From: Paragordius varius
Taxonomy: Eukaryota; Animalia; Nematomorpha
Length of the DNA stretch: 64,000 nucleotides
Assembly (NCBI GenBank): GCA_964247055.1
Contig: OZ176050.1
Location: 14,074,001-14,138,000 of the forward strand
Direction: 5' to 3'
How positions within the stretch are numbered: position 1 is the first letter of the stretch; every line of letters starts with the position of its first letter. Below are positions 11,191-21,836 of this stretch, in pieces. The notes under the pieces are model-generated. The model was not told the DNA's origin, did no database searches, and saw only the letters and a program-made list of their open reading frames with translations. The position numbers and the translations under genes are program-made.

Positions 11191-12425
11191 TTACTCCTAA
11201 TTTAATTTTAATTAAAATTTGATAATTTTTTAATCGCTTATAAAATTCTACATATTTATTTATAATATCCCTGTTTGATTCTATCATGTGAGCTATCCGA
11301 ATTAGTGACTAAGTATAAAAATAATCTAAATACACGAGAAGAATTTATAATCAAATTTCAACCAAAAGCAGGTTTACTTTAAACTCTGAGCTATAAACTA
11401 CCCCTTAGTGTCATCGCTAAAACTAAGCAGGACAATTTTTGATGATTATGTTCTAACAAAATAAATTTTTTACCTTATCATATCTTTTTTTCCAACAATT
11501 AACAAGTAACCATGAATGCAAATTATATATTTTTTAAAACTATTTTTATATATAATACAGTGATTACATCATCGAAGGGTATAAAATAACCTGATGAGAT
11601 ATTTCCGAGATCAAGGGTATCATGGTGCATTTGGTTTTGACTCTTATGAGTGATTTAAGAAAGTTTTTTACAATTTTGTGTGGGCTCCATATTAATAAAA
11701 TGACATCGCGCAAATACTTTCAAATAATTTTTGTTGGTGATTACTAGACACTTCATTCCAAAATATATCACTGAAATATATCATAAATTACAAAAGCATA
11801 ACATTATTTGCAAAAAATTCTGATTGTGGGCTCCAACAGTCCCAAATGTTATTGCTAATATGATAGTAGTCTTAAAATAACAAAAATGTGGGTGCGCCAT
11901 AAAAATTTTAAATATATGTTAAATTTCAGCATCAACTAAAAATATTTTTTTATTGCATAATTCTAAAAAATTGTATTATTTTGTGGAAGCTTACTTCATA
12001 TTATATTAAAGCATAATGGAAACGGTTTAAAAACGCTTTATAATATAATATGAATATGTTTTAGCTGAAAATTTCTATCGCCCTTTAGCAAAGCATTCGT
12101 TTGTCTTCAAATTAATGTTTGTTGAGTTTATGAAAATTGACCAACATCCTTATGCAAACGAACCTTTAAATTAAATTTCTGAGGCATTAGAAATGTTGAG
12201 CATCCTAAAATTATGTAAAAAAAGTGTTTTAATAATACAAAATACACCACCTTTTTATTTTCATCACTGTTAGATGTGAGTTAAATAAACGGTTTGCTTT
12301 AATTTTACCTTTAAAATAAAATGAATTTGTAAAAATCGTCGTCGAAGTAGTTTGACATGTTTTTTTTTTCTAGAACGAATTTTATGATATTTTGACTTAT
12401 TTATATAATTTTTATTAGAATAGAA

Positions 12426-14245
12426 CAGGTCTTCTTAAACTTTTGTAATTCCTGACCCCATTTATGGTTGAGAGTTTCTTAACGACCCCAAGAAATTTAA
12501 AGAAGAATAAATTAATATTTTTTGATGATATATTTATTAAGTAACAATATACAAATGCTAAAATTTAAGGATTCCATACGTGAATGACAATATAATAATT
12601 AATTTGGCAAACGTATGAATATATTATTAACAAATAAAAAATTTATTAATAAAGCTTATATTTCGACCATGTTAGCATGATCTTGATCACAGTGGTGAGA
12701 ATGCATTTAATATATAAATTTAATTTGTTTTGAAACATAAAAAAGTCTAATATTGAAATTTGGACATGTTAAAGAAATGTTTTTATTATAGTTTCAAAAC
12801 ATAAGTGGATTCTTACCGTATTAATACTAATAGTTGGGTAGTAAATATCAAATTAAAGTTTACGTAAAAATTTAATGAGATGGATGTGCCTGTTTTTTAT
12901 TGCATAAAAAATCAAATCTTGATGAAATGTTTGAAACTGCTAGACGTATGTCCTCTTTAACATTTTTTTTCGCTGAACGATATTGGTTTAATGTGTGTTA
13001 AAGCTAAGAAAGTAACTTCACATAAATATGTGGTGTTGAATGGCAGAAGTACATTTAGGCCATATCGGCGAATGTGGGAAATTCAGTTCTAGGTCCAATC
13101 CAGAATTCAGTCAAGGGCTTTATTTTAAATCGTAGTTTTAAGTTCTTACGAGAAGTCAGCAAATTCCTCTTGAGCTTTAAGTGGCAAATGATCAATCTCA
13201 CTTAAGCCAATCCAAAACGGCTTTTGAATCCAAACTATTTTTTGCATAGCAAATATAAAATATGTCCGGACACAGTTTGGATAGCCACAAGTCATTTTAA
13301 AAAAGGCAGCGAATTCACATTTTCTTTCAGTTAAAAATTCGATCCCTTTGTAAACGATAATCTTTTTCAACTTGACCTCTTGACAACCCATCTTACTTCT
13401 GCATGTAATAACAAAGTTTTGTAGTTGGAATCCGTATCCTCACAGAGATTAGAAAATAAGCGACTGTTAAGGGCACTCTTAATAATAAGACCTTATCAGC
13501 ATCCTGAAGCACATCATTAAATTCTGGTGCTAATTTCTATGCTGCAAGAGCCTCTCGGTGAATAAGGCAATGAGTAAAGTTAGAAGAACCGCTTTTTGGA
13601 GTAATAATTACCATAAAAACCTTTTTTTTATGTCATACAAGAAATGTAGTTGATGATAATTGTTATAAAAACTTGAGAAATATTTAAAACTATTTATTAA
13701 AACACAATAAAAAACAAAATCTTAAATCGATGAATGTCTTGCAACTTGTATTTTACTAACACTAACACTTTCACCGATATAAAAATAAATTTTTTTAATT
13801 GGCTGGTGCTAGATCCAATATACGAGTATAAATGGAATTTTTTTTAACTAATTCGAAATAACATGCCATTCGTTCACAATCATACAATGGCTAAATGAAA
13901 ATAACACGAGAAATGTTTATATAGTTTCTTCGAAATAACACTTAGAAATTTTGTTGATAATATTTATCAGGATTATTTTGGTTTTAAGAGATTGACAAAT
14001 ATAAACATTTTTAAAATTTTCTATAACATCTTCTGATTTATATTAAATTTAGACAAGATATTATAATGATCGGTATAGAAATGCTGGTATAAACAGTTCC
14101 GAACCAGAAGTATTTATGATATATTTATCTAAGATAATTTTTAATTTTCTTTATTATAATAATTTTACAAGTTAAAATAATTATTTGTTAAACTGTATTT
14201 ATCACTCGCGACCCCAAATGGGGTCGCGACTCATAGTTTAAGATG
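12426..14245 (-). mobile_element. hAT (Buster/Charlie-type) transposon fossil with transposase pseudogene
   Basis: Left TIR CAGGTCTTCTTAAACT; subterminal CGCGACCCCAAATGGGGTCGCG; 8-bp TSD GAATAGAA/GATTAGAA (nnnTAnnn). Minus-strand remnants THCLIHREALAA and LLPFNTTYLCEVTF...RFDFLCNKKQAHPSH are typical of ZBED5/SCAND3-like transposases. It is inserted into a TTAA MITE. Confidence 0.85.
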
Positions 14246-14761
14246 GATTAGAAGCATAAATTTAAATTCAAACCGTTTCTTTCATTAGTTTTTTTATAAA
14301 TATTAATTTAAATTTAGTCTGGTGTATTACCCCAATAATCGAAGTGATAATGTACCTTTCAACAAAATTTTACTAATAATTAAATTTTCAAAAAATATGC
14401 CATTTAAAATATATTTTTAATTGATATTTAAAATTTTTATCGATTCTGGCGTTTAAGCGTTTATGTTTAGAATACAATTTCGGGAGGCCAAAATGGGACT
14501 TTCGGAGCCCAAATTTAATTTAAATTTTTTGAAAATATGATTTATTATTATGATTTAAGTGATATTTTTGAATGAACCCTCTAGTCGCCAAAAAATTTTA
14601 TTTAAAATGGCGCAAATTTTGCCATTATCTGATATGAAGCACTATCATAAAAGTAATATTCTCAAATCACTTTTAAGGGACAAACCCAAAATCGTGGTAC
14701 TTTTTCCTATCAGAAAACATATATTTCATCTTAGTATTTTTTTGGAGGCACTATGTATATT

Positions 14762-15427
14762 TTAGTGAAATGACTTGGTCAGTGACTATTTATTTTTTGA
14801 CCATGGTCATAACAGCTGTTTTTTGCAAAATTGCTGGTAAATTTTTGAAAGAGTAATACTAAGATTTTATTGTTTTTTAAAATATTTTTTTTTAAAAAAT
14901 ATAAATTAAATATTAAAATATGCTTATTTAACAATATAAATTTGTTAAACATGCATGGTTATAACATTAGCGTTTAAGCATATCCAGTAATTTCGAAAAA
15001 CAAAACAATCAAGAACTTCAAAATATGCAATTATTCCATATATGTAAACCAATAAAATGAAAATCATTTTATAAATTGAATATTACAATGATGAAAGAAA
15101 GTATAAAACAAACTAGATAAAATTTCATTAAATACACAGTGTCAAAAGCAATGTATTCAAAGATTTGGAAGGCCACAATGTGACAAAATTTATTTGAAAA
15201 CAAAATTCTAATTATATTTGATTGAAATATTTGTAAATAATAAATATAAAAAAAAATGAATACCAAACTTTTTAGAAAAACTATGTCATTATTAGTGAAA
15301 CGCAAGTGTCGTAGAACATTAACTCCACAAGCCAATATCGCATGATATTTACTTAATTAAAAGTGGTCATGACCATTGTCTGACTTGACCAAACTTTCTT
15401 GAAAAAGCAGTCAAATGCACAACCCTA
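14762..15427. mobile_element. hAT-like non-autonomous element (CAACCCTA end, TGACC/GGTCA subterminal motifs)
   Basis: About 600 bp homologous to 51215-51852; right end GCACAACCCTAG. Confidence 0.6.
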
Positions 15428-15552
15428 GATATAACTCTTTTTGGTTCTTTAAGATAACACCTATTTCACGCTAATTTAGCCATAATGTGCGAGCGCTAAA
15501 TACATTGTCAAATATAGTTTATAGATTTAAGCTAATATTTTCGCACGTTTAA

Positions 15553-17558
15553 CACTTGGATACAACGCCTTCATTTCAGTCCTTCGATTCAAATTGGGGT
15601 GGTTAGATACCCCAAGCTTGCTTTAAATTAAATATTTTAAAAATATGGAATAATTTGAAATCATGGCAAAGGTTTACACCGCACATTAAGAAACCGAAAA
15701 GGAAAAAAAATCATTCAAAAATACTTGATATTACTTATTCAGAGGCTATACCCAAAGGTAAAATTAGCCAACATGACATGTGTACATAAGCTAAATGTTA
15801 AAATAATGCAAATTGTTGAATGTGATTTTAATAAAAAGGAAAACTTAGTTGTATGTTTACCATCAAATAACGATATTTTGCAAAATTGCTGTAAAAAAGG
15901 CCTACAATTTTTTAGAGATACTTTGATTTATGTGAATATTAGAGAAGCATAAATTTTATTTTGGAACCATTTTTTTTAGTAATTTTTTTAAACAACTTAA
16001 AATTGTGTGGGTGTTAAGTTGTAAGAAGGGGATATAATATAAGAAATGTGAAATGAACTGAACTGCAATATTTATTTGGTTTTTTAAGGTGTCTATATAG
16101 CAATTTTAACTGTCCATGATTTGCATTATATCAATAAAATTTCAAGTAACAAAGATTGTATATTTACATATAACACAAAAAATATAAAAAATAATACAAT
16201 TCAAATAAGGGTTAAAGTTATAATATATAACCAAGGTATATGTATTTCACATTTGCATGTACACAGAAAATTATGATATAAAAATAAAGTATCTTTCAGA
16301 TTTGCATAACATCACTTCCCCCTTAAGAGAACCCGACCGGCTTCCGCCGAATTCTCTCGGGGTAACGACGCTCGTGCGGATTTTCATTGATTTTGTCATT
16401 ATTGCTATTATGTTATTATTATCCATAATGTTACCATTAATATTAGTATTGTCGTGATCACTATCATTACTATTGTTTGAGTGACCGGTGTCGTGGGTGT
16501 GTCGACGAATCTTAGTTTGAAAGATAACATTCTATGTTAGGTGTGTCGACGTGTTTCTTTTGTTCTCTGCCTGCCACCCTAGACCATTCCTTTGAAACTG
16601 ATCCAGGCGCACTGATATACTATGGGCGCTGTAACGTAACAGTGTCCTTTTGTAACTGACACATCCTCTTATTGTTGAAATCGTCGAGGTGTAGCTTTAA
16701 CTCGGCCTGGGGAGGTAGGCGTCTTACCGATCAATCTTATTACAAGTTTGTCCGCGCCAATCTTACTTACCCATCCATCAGTTGTTGAATGATGTGGGAG
16801 TCCTCCCCAGCCATTTGTTGATAATGATTTCAAAGTTGCTATAGATTATTAGCCCGTTCGCTTTCAGTGCAATGGCGGTTGAACATATTTTTGGCAGTGT
16901 TTTTTTTCTACATTAGCGAAGTGGTTGGGTTTTCCGCATTTGCAATTGCGGTTCCAGGCGGGACATTTGTTTGGCCCATGAACACTCCCATAACCCTTGC
17001 GCGAATGTGTCAGAGGTTGATTGTTGTGAAAAAATTATTACCATTGTTCTAATTGGTATTATCATTAGATTTTTTACTGGACATGCTGGTGATATTGGCA
17101 ATTGACATTGTCATGGTTGTGGAACTTTGGACTCTAACTCCCCATCCGAGTTTGGAACCCGGAGGTTCCACTGTTGTGTTAGATTAGTTGTTAGATTAGT
17201 TCGATACTCGAATTGCCACCAGTTGTTAACTTGTAGATAAGAGATAATAAAATAAAAATGTGAAATGAACTGAACTGCAATATTTATTTGGTTTTTTAAG
17301 GTGTCTATATAGCAATTTTAACTGTCCATGATTTGCATTATATCAATAAAATTTCAAGTAACAAAGATTGTATATTTACATATAACACAAAAAATATAAA
17401 AAATAATACAATTCAAATAAGGGTTAAAGTTATAATATATAACCAAGGTATATGTATTTCACATTTGCATGTACACAGAAAATTATGATATAAAAATAAA
17501 GTATCTTTCAGATTTGCATAACAGTGGGGTATTTAGATAACCAATTTGAATCGAAGTG
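15553..17558. mobile_element. TTAA-flanked piggyBac-like MITE interrupted by an LTR element
   Basis: TTAA-CACTTGG...GAAGTG-TTAA termini; body homologous to 32175-32747. Confidence 0.8.
16012..17523 (-). mobile_element. Non-autonomous Ty3/gypsy derivative (TRIM-like, family A1), 300-bp LTRs
   Basis: LTRs 16012-16311 and 17224-17523 (TG...CA); perfect 5-bp TSD GTGGG; PPT AAGGGGGAAGTGA; PBS-like TGGTGGCA. The internal 912 bp holds only decayed gag zinc-knuckle and RT scraps. Confidence 0.9.
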
Positions 17559-17614
17559 TTAATGAATGTTTTAATATTACGATACCATATAAATTATTGC
17601 ACATATATTAAGCC

Positions 17615-17986
17615 ATGTGTAAAATAAATTTACATAGAATGCCATTCTTAACCACATATTCGGGAGAAGCTAATATTGATCAATATTTTTTACCGCTAAT
17701 TGAAATTTTAGATCCCAAAAAATCATTATATAGATCTACTTTCAGGTACTTAATAGTTAATTTTAGAGGGCGCTTATTACATGGCAAACAAATAGATAAT
17801 GAAAGTTTGGGAAAGGAAAAATCCTTACGCATTTTTGCGTTATCTGACAAAAATGATTCAATAGAATGTTCAATAAAACCAATAGAATCTTTTATTCATT
17901 GGGAATGGGATATCACTCCAAATCTAGAACAAAATTATTCCAATATAACTGATTGGATGGATCTCATGAATATTATTCATAAATAA
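17615..17986 (+). CDS. RNASEH2C: Ribonuclease H2 subunit C
   Basis: LHRMPF...YSGEANIDQYF...FRGRLLHG...FIHWEWD...ITDWMDLMNIIH matches the RNase H2C family pattern (LH.LP....G.A.V..YF...FRGR.L.G...F..W..D...W...A..IH). Possible 21-nt intron at 17746-17766. Confidence 0.85.
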   Translation: MCKINLHRMPFLTTYSGEANIDQYFLPLIEILDPKKSLYRSTFRYLIVNFRGRLLHGKQIDNESLGKEKSLRIFALSDKNDSIECSIKPIESFIHWEWDITPNLEQNYSNITDWMDLMNIIHK

Positions 17987-18029
17987 ATTTATTTTATAAA
18001 TTATTCATATATAATAATCATATTTTAAA

Positions 18030-18722
18030 TTAAAAACATCTGCGGGGTGGATATAAATTAGATATAGGACTAGGGGAAAATGTATTGCTATGATGACTCC
18101 CATTATGTTTTGTATTGCAATTGGGCTGTGGAGATGCGTAATACTGATTAGAATCTTCAAAAAATACGGAATTGTGTTTAACACTAGATGGGGGAATAAG
18201 ATCGAACTCTTGAGAATACTTTTGACTATCGTGTGTTGAATGAGGCATATCAAAAAATTTTAGTGTGTCATAATAGGGAGTAATTGAATTTTTGTTGCAA
18301 TTTTGATGATCAGGATAAAGAGTCCAAATATCTGGACTTGCCTGTATAAATGGTAATGATTGTTGGGATGATTGGGAAGGTACTCCATTAAAAATTTCGG
18401 GCGGTGTTTCCTAAAAATTTTATTTACGATTGTACTTTAATATGGGAATAGCATGGGGTGTGATATTCATTTGATGCATTTTGATCTGGAATGTCGATAT
18501 GTGTCGAATTATTGGCAAAAACAAAGGAATATTTGGATTTAAAATGAGAAATTTTATAATTTCGATAATCTTTTTAATTAAAAAAACAAACCATATGTAT
18601 CGCATATATTATCAAGCCCTTTACTTATTTCCTCAGCCCAACCATTTAATTCGTTTTCTTCTGATGATTTTTCGGTTAATTTCAGTCTGAAATATAAAAA
18701 AAATAAACTTTTTTCTCGCCAT
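18030..18722 (-). CDS. Orphan 207-aa Ser/Pro/Asn/His-rich protein; 4 exons
   Basis: Exons 18722-18709, 18686-18592, 18569-18436 and 18410-18030 are separated by GT..AG introns of 22, 22 and 25 nt. Phases close exactly (624 nt, no internal stop). Confidence 0.7.
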
Positions 18723-18796
18723 GCTTTTACATATTCATGCGTGGTTATAAGCACATGTTTGTAAATTTTGAATCAATCTAATGTAAAAATCTTTAA

Positions 18797-18880
18797 CACT
18801 TGGATACAATACATTTAATTCAGTTTTCGTTTTATGGGGTAGCTGGTGATTTAGCCTTGTTCAAAATCAAATTTAAAAAA
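18797..18880. mobile_element. Remnant end of a TTAA/CACTT MITE
   Basis: TTAA-CACTTGGATACAATACATTTAATTCAG...GGGGTAGCTGG matches the family's long terminus. Confidence 0.55.
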
Positions 18881-19693
18881 TACTAAATACATAATGACGC
18901 GATGACATATGGATGTTGTTTTATACAGAGCTAAATCATAATAATTACTATTTTATTTATTTCAATTAAAAGTAAATCATTGTTCCTCTGTATTAGATAA
19001 ATATATTTTTTCCAGTTTTGTAACCTCTAAAGGCTAAAACTGGGACACCTTTAAAACACGAATCAACTGATTTTAAAATCGAAAAATAAGTTTTTGTTGG
19101 TAAAATGTAATCTTCTTCTAACCTTTACATACATTTTCCCAATTTTATCTAATATAAATATGGATTTTTTTACATTTTTTTAAAAAATATGTTTTTATAA
19201 TGCGCCTAAAAGGGTAAAGAAATCAGGCCAAATATTCGGCTAAGTGTTTTTAAAATAAGTCGCTGAAGCTATCAAATAAAAATAATATCTGAAGATATTA
19301 GAAAACTTTTGAGAGCATATGGAATAGTGGTTTCAGGTTTCCAGTTAGTATCAGAGGCAAAAATTTTGTTTAAGCGCTTTTTTATCAGCAACTGGGAAGG
19401 ACTCTTCTATATGTAAAATATACCAGTATATAGTAACAACCATATGCTGAAACCTTTCGGAAAACTTATGTGGCTTGATATATTAAGAGGTTTGCACCGC
19501 TTTAAAGGAAATTTTTTTAGCATAATTACAATCAATCATATTAAATACGCCACCAAAAATTGTGTTAGGAGTAGTTTAATGTTATGTTAAAATAATATAT
19601 TAACCATTTAAAAAATGATAGTGTCCACCGAGTCCTAAAACGGAGCATGACAGAATGACACACTAAAAATATTTCTTAGATAAAACAATAATA

Positions 19694-19942
19694 TACCATT
19701 TACAAATCAATTTCACCCTTGAATTATTCACCCTAAAAATGAATTGTGTGTTTTTGGGCTAATATAACTCATCATTTATAAGAAATATATTCTTATAACA
19801 TAGTTTATTTTTTCAGTATTATCTTAATATTAAACAATTTTATTTTTTAAAAAGATAGCGCTAATTTTCAATCGTAAAAAACACATATTTTTTTCAGGCC
19901 AAATTCGAATTGTTCTAGGGTGAATCTGAACTGTAAATGATA
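19694..19942. mobile_element. Foldback-like MITE F1
   Basis: TATACCATTTAC terminus; shared core and GGGTGAATCTGAACTGTAAATG end. Confidence 0.7.
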
Positions 19943-20125
19943 TTTTTTAAATTAATGAAAAGGTATAACAAATTTTTTTACTCGGCCAATGATCTTTTTT
20001 TATTTTAAAAAGAAAATTGACAAAATAAAATTTATCATAAACAAAATTTTTTTTGTTAGTTTAATTGATTGTTGTGTTGCTCAAAACAATATACCAATCA
20101 TTAATTCACTATCAATTAACATAAT

Positions 20126-20479
20126 ATGAACTTGAAACATGAATTACTACAAATTTTACATCCGAAAAATTCTTTGGCCAAATATATAAATGATGATGAA
20201 ATCTATAAAAAAACTTCTGATTTTAAATATACCGTATCGACACCTTTAATTAAAGCGTATAAAGAGACTATGACAACAAATATTTTAAATAAAGCTGCAC
20301 CTATAAAAAAGAAAAAATCGAAAATATCCATAGAAATCAGTCGACAAAAATCTAAACTTCTAGCTTTCCACAATTCCAAAATCCGGCCTAATATTCTTAA
20401 ATATACGCAAGGTAATATACATTTTGCCACAAAGGGGATTATGAAATATTATAATGATAAATGTATTTTCCAGTCATAA
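20126..20479 (+). CDS. Hypothetical 117-aa basic protein (or an exon)
   Basis: Stop-free 354-nt ORF in very AT-rich DNA, not part of any repeat seen in the window, with a KKKKSK NLS-like motif. No family recognised. Confidence 0.4.
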   Translation: MNLKHELLQILHPKNSLAKYINDDEIYKKTSDFKYTVSTPLIKAYKETMTTNILNKAAPIKKKKSKISIEISRQKSKLLAFHNSKIRPNILKYTQGNIHFATKGIMKYYNDKCIFQS

Positions 20480-20859
20480 TCCAAAAACATTAATAACTAT
20501 ATATATTTAAATGGTTCGTTTATGCGTATATCGACATGAAATTATCGATATTAAAAAGTTTAACGTGCCCTAATCATATAAACCATATTGAAAACTAATT
20601 AAGACTATTAGTATTATTAGGGTTAGAAATTTGAGACAAATCGATAAATTAGGACTAAACGGTTTATGCATTCATATACTATTGTTGTAAAAATGTTTCA
20701 AATAAGATAATCCACCTTGATACCCTATATACAATTACATTTAATATATATTACACTGAACGAAAAAGGATGTTTTTAACAACAATTATTTAGTTATATA
20801 ATATTAACATTTAGCCAAAATATACATATCTTTGTGTAATCCATCGATTATTTATACTA

Positions 20860-21654
20860 GTTCGCACGTTAAGTGACCAAGAGTATGGACGATACATTGA
20901 AGGAGAAACACCCATACTAATACATATTCCGACTATGGGATACCCGATTACCATTTGCCCACCTCTAATGTTTGCAGCACAACCAGTAGGCAGATATCAT
21001 TCAAGTTATGCCTTTATGCTTAGAGAAGAAAATGCACGTTTCTTAAGGCCCATCCTGTGGTTTTTATTGGTGTTACTAATTCTATTTCTTTTGTGTTATT
21101 GCTTTTGTCATTGTTGTGGCCTATGGGTTCGCCAAGATGATGGTCGCCGTAAAAATGGTGTTTCCAACAAAAATTTAGGACTCGTGCAGAAATGGCTACT
21201 AAATTTTGTACATCCACAAAATGTTCACAAGTGTGATTCAAATTTGGCATGCTGGTGTATTCAAAAAGACAAGGAAGAATCCAATCAAATAATAAGGAAA
21301 AGTTCAATTAATTACCCATTTTCTAATCAATATCAACCGTCAGCAATGTACTCTAAATCCAACATGGACAAATCTGCTGCCAATGATACCATTAGCATTA
21401 GTTCGGATGTATATTTCATGCCTCAAAGAAATTTATTTTCGCCCAAACGTAAAACCAGTTTAATGCGGGAGAATTATGATTTGGAAAATGGGACACGAAA
21501 TGAAAAATTTACCCAACCAACATATGAAAGAATGGCAAGAGAAAAAAGTAAATCAAATTCGGTAAGGGCCGGTGTTCAACCCTTTCGCCCATCCTTCGGG
21601 CCAAAAAATGATGTTTCCGAAGTAGAAAGTATAAAAACGCTTACACCTTCATAA
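20860..21654 (+). CDS. Orphan single-pass membrane protein with a juxtamembrane Cys cluster
   Basis: The ORF extends upstream of Met 20935 to an acceptor at ~20859. TM helix ILWFLLVLLILFLL is followed by CYCFCHCCG, then a ~170-aa polar tail. The true start is unresolved. Confidence 0.7.
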   Translation, partial: VRTLSDQEYGRYIEGETPILIHIPTMGYPITICPPLMFAAQPVGRYHSSYAFMLREENARFLRPILWFLLVLLILFLLCYCFCHCCGLWVRQDDGRRKNGVSNKNLGLVQKWLLNFVHPQNVHKCDSNLACWCIQKDKEESNQIIRKSSINYPFSNQYQPSAMYSKSNMDKSAANDTISISSDVYFMPQRNLFSPKRKTSLMRENYDLENGTRNEKFTQPTYERMAREKSKSNSVRAGVQPFRPSFGPKNDVSEVESIKTLTPS

Positions 21655-21796
21655 CAAAAAACATTTATCATTTTACATAATATATCGCTAGTTTACCTTT
21701 TATAGAGCCTAATAAATCGATAAAATGGTAAAAAACCAAATTTAATATATTATAAAGCAAGGTATCCAACACAAATGATTTCACGGGCCGCATTTG

Positions 21797-21798
<2 letters not shown>

Positions 21799-21834
<36 letters not shown>
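21799..21834. repeat. (TA)n microsatellite at the LINE 3' junction
   Basis: About 18 TA units seen directly. Confidence 0.95.

Positions 21835-21836
<2 letters not shown>

Noticed and set aside
11585-11630. Hammerhead ribozyme (CTGATGA core)
   Set aside because: No correctly placed GAAA or stems could be formed; the same applies to CTGATGA at 18661 and 34453.
19290-19560. Additional upstream exons for the orphan gene
   Set aside because: Some open stretches exist, but no consistent phase-compatible splice path was found.
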